A stretch of 64,000 bases of DNA from Nitrosopumilus sp. (GTDB lineage: Archaea; Thermoproteota; Nitrososphaeria; Nitrososphaerales; Nitrosopumilaceae), in NCBI GenBank assembly GCA_965206745.1, contig OZ242220.1:384001-448000 (forward strand), in the 5' to 3' direction. The stretch's first letter is position 1; each line of letters begins with the position of its first letter. The notes below the pieces were generated by a model that worked only from the letters and a program-made list of their open reading frames with translations, did no database searches and was not told the DNA's origin. Positions 56,289 to 64,000 of the stretch are shown piece after piece. Both the position numbers and the translations under genes were made by a program.

Positions 56289-58411
56289 ATATAGACAGAC
56301 TGAAACTTCCCAAACCTGCAATCGAATTTTTAAAATCACAGGGTTTTACTAAACTGTATCCACCACAGGCAGACAGCGTAAAGTCCGGCCTGCTTGATGG
56401 CAAGAGCATTCTGGTATCTGCCCCCACTGCAAGTGGCAAGACCCTCATTGCAATGCTTGCAATGCTGAGCTTTCTATCTAGCAAAAAGGGCAAGGTGATT
56501 TATCTTAGCCCGCTGCGCGCACTGGCAGCTGAAAAGTTTGCAGAGTTTAAAAAATTAGAAAAGATAGCCCTTGCAAACAGGCCAAAGGTTGCAATATCGA
56601 CTGGCGACTTTGAGACCATTGAAAAGAACCTGGAGAGAAGCAACGTGTTGGTCCTGACAAATGAAAAGATGGATTCGGTAATCAGGCACAGTGCCGAGTG
56701 GATAGACGAGATAGGGCTTGTGATATCTGATGAGGTTCACCTCATCGGCGATGAGGGCAGGGGCCCGACACTAGAGATGATTCTCACGCAGCTCAAGCTG
56801 CTCGAATCCAGGCCCCAGATAGTCGGCCTTAGTGCGACAATTACAAACTCTGATGAGATTGCAGACTGGCTTGAATGTAAATTGGTAAAAAATGACTGGC
56901 GTCCTGTACCGCTCTCTGAAGGGGTGTGCGATGAGGGACAGGTGATCATGAATGATGGCAGAAGCTTTGAGGTTGAGCGCAGCCTGATGGGAACCCCCAT
57001 TGATCTGGGAGTGCAATCAGTGCACCAGGGGGGACAGTCACTGGTATTTGCCGAGACTAGGACCCGCGCAAAGTCCCTTGCCACAAAGGCATCTGATGCT
57101 ATTTGTAAAACGCTGGAGAAGAAGGAGATTACTACACTGGCAAAGACATCAAGGAAGATTCTGTCTGAGAACGAGCATACGGAGCTGGTCAAGACGCTGG
57201 CGCTGCTTGTAAAAAAAGGGGTCGCCTTTCACCATGCAGGGCTAAACCAGAGATGCAGGGAGACAATAGAGAAAGAGTTTCGCAAGGGTACAATCAAGCT
57301 GCTGTCATCGACTCCCACCCTTGCAGCCGGCGTCAACCTTCCTGCAAGGCGGGTCGTGATATCCAGTGTCAACCGATACAATGCCAAGGTCGGTGCCAAC
57401 ATGCCGATTAGCATCCTAGAATACAAGCAGCTCTGCGGAAGGGCCGGAAGGCCGCAGTACGATGATTACGGGGAGTCAATCATCGTCGGAAAATCAAACG
57501 CAGAGGATCTGATTGAACATTACGTCAACGGCCAGCCTGAGGCAATCGAGTCCAAGATCACAGATGACAAGTCCCTGCGAACCCACATACTCAGTGTTAT
57601 AGTTACGCATCCGGGAATCAAGAGAGACGAGATACTGGAATTCTTTTTGCAGACACTTGGAGGCCTGCAGTCAAGAAAGGCCACGATAAAGTTTGCAATT
57701 GACATCTCGCTGCGGTTTCTCTCAAGCAAGTCGCTGATAATTAGGAAAGGCGAGAGGCATGCTGCCACCGAATTTGGAAAAAAGGCATCGATGCTGTACA
57801 TAGATCCGCTGACTGCCACACACTTTAGGGACTCCATTGAGAATGTCTCTGAGAAGGGAGGGCAGACATTTGGATTTTTGCACCTCATTACAAGCTGTGA
57901 GGAGTTTTTCCCAAAGTTCTCACTGCGGCAAAAGGACTATGAGACTGCAAGCCTGATGATAGAGAACCACTCATCACAGCTACTGGAGCAGATCTCAGAG
58001 TACGACTGCTCAAGAAGCCTTCTTGCTTTGCAGTCCTGGATAACAGAATCCACCGAACTGTCACTCTCTGACTCCCTTGGAATCGAGTCAGGGGACATGC
58101 ATAGGATGACTGAGAATGCCAACTGGCTTGCATACTGCCTCAGGGAGATCTCAAAGCACGTGGAGAGGGCAGACCTGCTTGAGGAGTTTGATGATCTGAG
58201 AAACAGGATAGCCTATGGGATTAGGGAGGAGCTGCTTGATCTGGTCAGGGTCAAGGGTATTGGCAGGGTAAGGGCGCGGGTTCTCTTCAAGCACGGGATA
58301 AGAAATCTTGATGACCTGAGGAAGATTCCAGTCAACAAGCTAGGCGAGATTGACAAGATTGGCTCGACCATTGCAGATAACATAAAAGCAGAGCTACGAA
58401 AGGTTAGATAG
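56285..58411 (+). CDS. hel308: Hel308/Ski2-like SF2 DNA helicase
   Basis: PTASGKT, DEVH, FHHAGL, GRAGRP, RVRAR. Confidence 0.93.
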   Translation: MNIDRLKLPKPAIEFLKSQGFTKLYPPQADSVKSGLLDGKSILVSAPTASGKTLIAMLAMLSFLSSKKGKVIYLSPLRALAAEKFAEFKKLEKIALANRPKVAISTGDFETIEKNLERSNVLVLTNEKMDSVIRHSAEWIDEIGLVISDEVHLIGDEGRGPTLEMILTQLKLLESRPQIVGLSATITNSDEIADWLECKLVKNDWRPVPLSEGVCDEGQVIMNDGRSFEVERSLMGTPIDLGVQSVHQGGQSLVFAETRTRAKSLATKASDAICKTLEKKEITTLAKTSRKILSENEHTELVKTLALLVKKGVAFHHAGLNQRCRETIEKEFRKGTIKLLSSTPTLAAGVNLPARRVVISSVNRYNAKVGANMPISILEYKQLCGRAGRPQYDDYGESIIVGKSNAEDLIEHYVNGQPEAIESKITDDKSLRTHILSVIVTHPGIKRDEILEFFLQTLGGLQSRKATIKFAIDISLRFLSSKSLIIRKGERHAATEFGKKASMLYIDPLTATHFRDSIENVSEKGGQTFGFLHLITSCEEFFPKFSLRQKDYETASLMIENHSSQLLEQISEYDCSRSLLALQSWITESTELSLSDSLGIESGDMHRMTENANWLAYCLREISKHVERADLLEEFDDLRNRIAYGIREELLDLVRVKGIGRVRARVLFKHGIRNLDDLRKIPVNKLGEIDKIGSTIADNIKAELRKVR

Positions 58412-59404
58412 TTGACTGACCTGCTGATTCCCGCTGTAATCTCCTGTATAGTTGCATTTGCAGTGGTGTTTTTGATGACACCCCCACTAATCAGAATCCT
58501 GGAAAAAAGAAATTTTACGGTAAAAGACGTCCTCAAAAAAGGCAATGTTATGGTGGCAAGGCCCGGCGGTCCTGCAATAATTGCAGGCATTGTAGCATCA
58601 GAGGTCACACTCTATGCATTTTTGCAGACAAATGATATTCTTGCCATAATCATCACGACATCTGCGGCATTTGTAATTGGGTATGTCGATGATAGAAGGG
58701 TGATGGGCGGATGGTTCAAGCCTGTCGCACTTGCAGTAGCTGCAGTCCCGATAATCGCACTTGGTGCATATGATCCACACCTTGCCTTCCCTCTGTTTGG
58801 TACGGTGAACATACCTGTGCTGTACATTGTCCTGGTTCTACTTATGATACCAATCACCGGAAACACCGTCAACTCCATTGACGTCTTAAATGGGGTTGCA
58901 AGCGGGTTTATGGTGATTGCAAGCTTTTCGCTGACCCTCTGCCTGCTTATCGTGCAAAATTATGAGGTGGCAGTGATCAGCCTGCCGCTTGGGATTGTCT
59001 CATTGGCCTTTTACAAGTACCACAAGATTCCAAGCAGGATATTTCCCGGGGACTCTGGGGCGCTGACACTTGGGGCAATGTATGGCGCCATTGCAATCGT
59101 TGGCGGCGTGGAGATCATAGCTGCAGTTGCCCTCTTGCCTGCAGTCATCAACTCCTTTATGTTCCTGTCAAGCGTAAAACGGATAGTCGAGCACAGACAG
59201 GTCAAGGCAAAATCGGTAATAATCACTGATGACTTTGAACTGAGGGCAACTGATGAGAAAAAGGCCCCTGTCACCCTAGTCAGGCTGATTCTTGCAGGCA
59301 GACAGATGACTGAAAGACAGGTAGGACTTGTAATATTCAAGCTGGCAGTATTCTCAGGGGTCCTGGCAGTGATTACTGCACTTATGACGGTGTTTCTAAT
59401 TTGA
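58412..59404 (+). CDS. Glycosyltransferase family 4 (GlcNAc-1-P transferase, GPT/MraY-like)
   Basis: GYVDD, NSIDVLNG, IFPGDSG. Confidence 0.9.
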   Translation: MTDLLIPAVISCIVAFAVVFLMTPPLIRILEKRNFTVKDVLKKGNVMVARPGGPAIIAGIVASEVTLYAFLQTNDILAIIITTSAAFVIGYVDDRRVMGGWFKPVALAVAAVPIIALGAYDPHLAFPLFGTVNIPVLYIVLVLLMIPITGNTVNSIDVLNGVASGFMVIASFSLTLCLLIVQNYEVAVISLPLGIVSLAFYKYHKIPSRIFPGDSGALTLGAMYGAIAIVGGVEIIAAVALLPAVINSFMFLSSVKRIVEHRQVKAKSVIITDDFELRATDEKKAPVTLVRLILAGRQMTERQVGLVIFKLAVFSGVLAVITALMTVFLI

Positions 59405-59634
59405 AGAACTTTGATATCTTTGCATTCCTGCTTGGAATGTGGGCCCTGATTGTTGTAGGCGGTGGAATCATGGTTAAGATTTTGGGACCGATCTCAATTT
59501 CTGGCTATGGTGATCTTGATTACTTTCTCACGTCCGGATCCAAAGCCATCATTGCAATTGTACTGGTGATAATCTGGATAGTCATCTTGTCTAAAATGAA
59601 GAACCAGATCTTTAGCAAGAAATTTAATTTTTAG
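59401..59634 (+). CDS. Small two-TM membrane protein
   Basis: Two hydrophobic helices; overlaps upstream stop codon. Confidence 0.65.
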   Translation: MKNFDIFAFLLGMWALIVVGGGIMVKILGPISISGYGDLDYFLTSGSKAIIAIVLVIIWIVILSKMKNQIFSKKFNF

Positions 59635-59781
59635 GCATCTCCTATCATGTTGTGTGTAACGGCATTGTATGCCATGGAATAGTTTGGAGGGATGTATTTG
59701 TGATAAAGTGGCGCATCCCGATCAGAGTATTCCCCCTGACTTGGAACAGTTTACTGATCTTTAATCCTGCATCATGCAGTG

Positions 59782-60051
59782 CTAGATGTGCCATGGCAGT
59801 CCTGCACTTGAGATCTTTTCGGGCAGCTGGTCCTTGTACTTTTTTAGAAACTCCATCTCCTGCTTTTTGTCCCGCAGTTCGTCTGGCAGCATGATTGGGA
59901 TCTCCTCGATAATTGGATAGAATCTGGAACATTTTGGGCAAAATATTGCACCTTCCATGACGACATCATCCCTCTCCTTTATCCCAAATAGTTCCAGGGG
60001 GTGGTTTTTGTCAATTGGGCATGCCAAAATATCCATCATTGTCTTGTTCAT
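59782..60051 (-). CDS. Trm112-family protein
   Basis: DILACPIDK...CPKCSRFYPIIEEIPIML. Confidence 0.9.
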   Translation of the reverse strand: MNKTMMDILACPIDKNHPLELFGIKERDDVVMEGAIFCPKCSRFYPIIEEIPIMLPDELRDKKQEMEFLKKYKDQLPEKISSAGLPWHI

Positions 60052-60974
60052 TTTAGATCCAGATAGATGGGAATCCCCTTTTGACTAGATAAAAGTGCAG
60101 CTTCTGCAATCTTTGTGATGTTTGCCGCCTCCCGTGCCCCCACTATATCACTGGCCTTGCCGCCAACTGCATCAAGAAAACCCTGAACTTCCAGCCTCAG
60201 CGTATCTTGCATCTCACTATGGGCAGTCTCTGACTCTTTCTCCTTTGTTACGATGGTCTCCTGGCTGATAAGATCAGATGATACTGTCGCATCAGTACAC
60301 ACTATACTGAGCCTTCTTGTCCTTTTTGGAGTGATCCAGTTTGTTGATATGACTGCAACCTTGCCATTGCTATACCCCAGCATTATGCTTGCAAAGTCCT
60401 CGCACTCTTGTCTTGCCTTTCCAGCCCTTGCAAATACCATCTGTGGCATTTCACCAAACAGCCAGTTTGCAGTATCTATGTCATGAAATGATGCGTCGTA
60501 AATGATTCCGACATCCTTGCTGTGGGGAGGCATCCTGAGCTCCCTGTGGGATTCAAGTGTGACCATCTCCCCGTATTGTTTACTATCAATCATCTCCTTT
60601 ACCTTGGAGGCTGCAGGATTGAACCTCTCACTGCTGCAAGCTAGGATCACCTTGTTTCTTTCTGCCAGTCCTGCAAGCATCTGGCTGTCTTCTGACTTGT
60701 AGGTTATTGGTCCATCCACAAAGACGTGCTTTCCTGCCTCTAGCATCTTTTTTACAATCCCTGCATTGGTTGAGGCAGACATTACTACAAGGGCCGCATC
60801 AAACTCTTCTACATCTAGCAGCTCATCAGATGTTGTGTAATGGTTGACAGAGTATGTCTGCCCGCACTCTTTGCTTCTCTGAGGATCCAAATCACACACG
60901 GCTACCAGTACTCCTAGATGCGACAAGACTTTTGCATGCTCATTAATGTCCAGCCCAATCTGAACGATCCTCAT
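60048..60974 (-). CDS. Gfo/Idh/MocA-family oxidoreductase
   Basis: AGKHVFVDGPI (EKP variant), ERFNP, HDID. Confidence 0.85.
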   Translation of the reverse strand: MRIVQIGLDINEHAKVLSHLGVLVAVCDLDPQRSKECGQTYSVNHYTTSDELLDVEEFDAALVVMSASTNAGIVKKMLEAGKHVFVDGPITYKSEDSQMLAGLAERNKVILACSSERFNPAASKVKEMIDSKQYGEMVTLESHRELRMPPHSKDVGIIYDASFHDIDTANWLFGEMPQMVFARAGKARQECEDFASIMLGYSNGKVAVISTNWITPKRTRRLSIVCTDATVSSDLISQETIVTKEKESETAHSEMQDTLRLEVQGFLDAVGGKASDIVGAREAANITKIAEAALLSSQKGIPIYLDLK

Positions 60975-61892
60975 CTAGTACACCTCAGTCAGCCAGTGCA
61001 GATAGTCCTCATTTCTGCCCATCACTATATCTGCATACTCTGACATCATCTTTTTTGTAATGTCACCTGGCCTGCCGTTGCCTATCTTCTTTGAGTCCAT
61101 CCTTGTGATCGGCGTGATCTCAGCTGCCGTACCTGTAAGGAAGATCTCCTCTGAGATGACCAGCTCGCTCCTTGTAACTTCCCGCTCAACTATGTCCATG
61201 TCCAGATCCCTTGCAATTTTTATTACCGTATCGCGCGTGATTCCCTCTAGTGCAGATGATGACAGCGACGGGGTTGCCAGCTGGCCGTCCCTTACAATGA
61301 AGATGTTCTCGCCTGGCGCCTCACTGACGTTTCCGCTGTGATCAAGCAGGATTGCCTCATCGACCCCGTTTCTCTTTGCCTCCTGTGTGGCAATTATGGA
61401 GTTTAGATAGTTTCCGCCCATCTTTGCCTGTGGCGGCGTGGACATGTCTGAGAACTTTCTCCATGACGAGACCCCAGCACTGATTCCGTTCTTGTCAAAC
61501 AGATCCCCGAAGGGAAATGCAAGGATTGCGACATTGGTCGGCGCCTTTTGAGTCACATGCAGGTTTATCCCATAGTCCCCGACAAAATAAAACGGCCTGA
61601 TGTAGCATGATTTTTTTATCTTGTTTTTTCTGCAGATCCCGATTACCGCATCTGTAATCTCATCGTCTGAGTAACCAAGTGAAATATTGTAAAACTGTCC
61701 GGATCTTCTGAACCGTTTTATGTGCTGGTCCAGCCTGAACACGTTGAGGTTCTTCCCGTTCCAGTACGCCCTGATCCCCTCAAAGACTGAGGTGCCATAG
61801 TGGATTGCATGTGTCGTGATTGGAACCTGTGCCTTTTCTGCAAGTACGTACCTTCCATCAAACCACACGTATTTTGAGGTGGAGGTTGCCAT
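60975..61892 (-). CDS. ilvE: Branched-chain amino acid aminotransferase
   Basis: HYGTSVFEGIRAY, AKMGGNY, LEGITR, GTAAE. Confidence 0.95.
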   Translation of the reverse strand: MATSTSKYVWFDGRYVLAEKAQVPITTHAIHYGTSVFEGIRAYWNGKNLNVFRLDQHIKRFRRSGQFYNISLGYSDDEITDAVIGICRKNKIKKSCYIRPFYFVGDYGINLHVTQKAPTNVAILAFPFGDLFDKNGISAGVSSWRKFSDMSTPPQAKMGGNYLNSIIATQEAKRNGVDEAILLDHSGNVSEAPGENIFIVRDGQLATPSLSSSALEGITRDTVIKIARDLDMDIVEREVTRSELVISEEIFLTGTAAEITPITRMDSKKIGNGRPGDITKKMMSEYADIVMGRNEDYLHWLTEVY

Positions 61893-61926
61893 GGAACTTT
61901 TTTGCCACCTTCGTATTAATCTCTAT

Positions 61927-62529
61927 TTATTTTGAATAGCCCTCTTTTGGAAACTTCATTCCCACAATTCTGGTGGTCTGATCCTCCTGGCTTGCAAATT
62001 TCTTGACTGTCTCCCACTCTTCCTGTATTATCTTGATTATGCTCTCTGGAACATCGTCCTTCCATGACGACTTGTCCTCATTGACTGCGTCATACAGTTT
62101 CTCCTTTACTGATGTTGCAGACAGTGACTTTCTCTCCCCAATCTTTGGTTTTAGTCCGTATATCTTCAGCATGTACCCTTCTGCCTTGTCGCCGGTGTAT
62201 GAGAAAAAATCCCCCTTCACACCGTCAAGGATCTGCCTTCTTAGCTTCCACGACTTTCTTCTGACTAGTGGCGGCAGATATTTTTTGAATGGCGCATAAA
62301 ACGCATAATCGTCCGTGATACGAATCGTATCCCCAAAAATGGATTCGAGCATCTTCTTTCTGGTCTCAAAGTTAAACGGGAAACTCTTGCTGTTTATCTC
62401 CCTGTCCTCATCCTTGAAGACTACCGGCATGACCTTGACGATGTCTGCCTGTTTCTTCAGCTCTGTAATGATCTCCACATGGGCGTTTGTCACCGGATTT
62501 AGATGTGCTAGGTATAGTGCCGTAGTCAA
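61927..62529 (-). CDS. Cytidylyltransferase-like (HxGH superfamily) nucleotidyltransferase
   Basis: HLNPVTNAH, PFNFETR, SATSVK, WKDDVP. Confidence 0.8.
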   Translation of the reverse strand: MTTALYLAHLNPVTNAHVEIITELKKQADIVKVMPVVFKDEDREINSKSFPFNFETRKKMLESIFGDTIRITDDYAFYAPFKKYLPPLVRRKSWKLRRQILDGVKGDFFSYTGDKAEGYMLKIYGLKPKIGERKSLSATSVKEKLYDAVNEDKSSWKDDVPESIIKIIQEEWETVKKFASQEDQTTRIVGMKFPKEGYSK

Positions 62530-62581
62530 CTAACATCACCTGAATATTCTCATATTTCAATGGTTGATTTTTTAAAAAATC

Positions 62582-63427
62582 CTATCCGTATGATTCGTAC
62601 TTGACTTCAAAGCTTCCATCCTCGCGTTTGCTGTGTTCTGTGATGAAGCCCTTTGGATTCAAAAAGTCCATGACGCCGTCTATGGTTCCCTGCCAGCCGC
62701 AGACATAGAACATTGTGTTCTCCTTGGTTATCTTGTCCCCGACTAGCTCCTCTAATGGCGAGAGTCCGTTCTCCCTTGGTCTTAGGAATGTCTCGACCCT
62801 TCCCACCTGTCCTGCCCATGACCTGTTAAACCACTCTTGCGGCCTGCTGATTGCGGCCCTGTACCTAAAGTTCCACTGATCCTTGCCTCTTGTGACGCTC
62901 TCATTTTCAAGATTGCTCAGCAAATCCTTGTAGCTTAGCTCATCTACATAGCTTGCACCGTGCAAAACTATGATCTCCCGCTTGTCACCGGTATCGTGCA
63001 GGTGCTGTGCAAAGCTTACAAACGGTGCCAGGCCCGTTCCGCCGCCGATGCAGATGATTCGGCGTTTGTCCTTTTGGCCGTTTGGCAGTTCCTCGTTAAT
63101 CAGTAATGCCTTGCCTGTGGGCTTTAGCCAGAGGATCTCATCACCCTCTTTGATGTTAAACAGCTGGGTAGTCAGTCTTCCTGGAAGCGGCTTTTTGACC
63201 CACCTGATGACCAGCTCGATGTATTCCTTGTTCTCTGGATGCGATGCAATTGAATACGCGCGTCGGACAATCTTGCCGCCCTCCACGGGGTTTGGCAGTC
63301 CCAGTGTGATGAACTGACCTGCCTGATATTCTGGAACCGGTCCGTCCTTTGGCACGATTCGCATAATTACAAGATCCTCTTTTAGCAATTGAACATAAGT
63401 GACTGTTGCCTTGTTATCTACTACCAT
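62582..63427 (-). CDS. Ferredoxin--NADP+ reductase
   Basis: RRAYSIAS, GGTGLAPF, YVCG, C-terminal ESYG. Confidence 0.92.
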   Translation of the reverse strand: MVVDNKATVTYVQLLKEDLVIMRIVPKDGPVPEYQAGQFITLGLPNPVEGGKIVRRAYSIASHPENKEYIELVIRWVKKPLPGRLTTQLFNIKEGDEILWLKPTGKALLINEELPNGQKDKRRIICIGGGTGLAPFVSFAQHLHDTGDKREIIVLHGASYVDELSYKDLLSNLENESVTRGKDQWNFRYRAAISRPQEWFNRSWAGQVGRVETFLRPRENGLSPLEELVGDKITKENTMFYVCGWQGTIDGVMDFLNPKGFITEHSKREDGSFEVKYESYG

Positions 63428-63552
63428 AACGATTCAATCAGAGTTTTCAAGGTTAAATATATTGTGTTGATTCTGGAATCTGGTTTTCTCATCAATCGCT
63501 AAACGTTAATAACCAATTTGAAAAACGTATTTTGATCAGAATTCTGATTATT

Positions 63553-63626
63553 GGGCCGGTCGTCTAGTCCGGTAGGATAGGTGCATGGCATGCATCGGAT
63601 CGAGGGTTCAAATCCCTTCCGGTCCA
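63553..63626 (+). tRNA. tRNA-Ala(GGC)
   Basis: GGGCCGG/CCGGTCC acceptor with G3:U70, GGTGC-AT-GGC-AT-GCATC anticodon arm, TTCAAAT T-loop. Confidence 0.95.
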
Positions 63627-64000
63627 CTTTTATTTTGGGCTCAAGCTGCCTTTCTCCAAGACAACCTGTGAGCCTGTCAGACAATACTGTGATGTATCTC
63701 AAACCTCCCTAGTTTACCTTTGATAAAATTTGTTACAATCATATGTGATTTGGTCATTCTTGATAATGTCTATCTTTTGAAATATCTCTGACATTTGACC
63801 AATCTTTTAGGGGACTATTGTACATGGATTCTAGATCATTTGTTTTTAATCTAGTATGGGAATTCTTCAGAGCGAATAAATGATTAGTGCATTTCAGAAA
63901 TCAGAATTTTTGGTAGAATTTCTTTGCTTGCTGCGTATTTTTTCTCTCTAGTTCTCAGTTTTATACAATCGAAAAAGAATCAGAAATGAGGCATCTCTTA

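Noticed and set aside
52551-58411. Inteins in RFC, MCM or Hel308
   Set aside because: Protein lengths are normal and motifs uninterrupted.
63499-63702. 67-aa minus-strand ORF (likewise 7709-7900)
   Set aside because: Antisense translations across tRNA-Ala genes.

Overview
Window from an ammonia-oxidising archaeon (Nitrososphaerota, Nitrosopumilaceae-like). The assignment rests on Nitrosopumilus-type ribosomal, replication and surface proteins. The GC-rich coding style and NHL/FN3 proteins would fit a host-associated lineage, but that is inference. Layout: (i) 1-7768 is the right end of a probable integrated conjugative-type element abutting the 3' end of tRNA-Ala(CGC). It carries VirB6/TrbL-like and PrgI/VirB3-like genes, two pilin-like genes, a highly divergent TATA-binding-protein paralog and a tandem PH-like protein. 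(ii) 7.9-30 kb is housekeeping and surface genes, with a small Doc/Fic toxin-antitoxin insert next to tRNA-Leu. (iii) 30.4-45.6 kb is a patchy AT-rich defence/epigenetic region: an Mrr-type nuclease, a ParB-like + small P-loop NTPase operon preceded by a phased AATACT array, a Zn-ribbon PD-(D/E)XK nuclease, two nuclease-free Zn-ribbon-SRA proteins, a GmrSD remnant, and an active + degenerate beta-class DNA methyltransferase pair whose C-terminal domain recurs in a neighbouring orphan protein. (iv) 45.6-64 kb is core genes (hisS, aIF6, ferredoxins, rfcS, GINS-MCM-Hel308, ilvE), with a dense GATC cluster in the rfcS/GINS-MCM divergent promoter. Four tRNA genes; no CRISPR array or rRNA seen. All family calls are from motif recognition by eye, not database searches.
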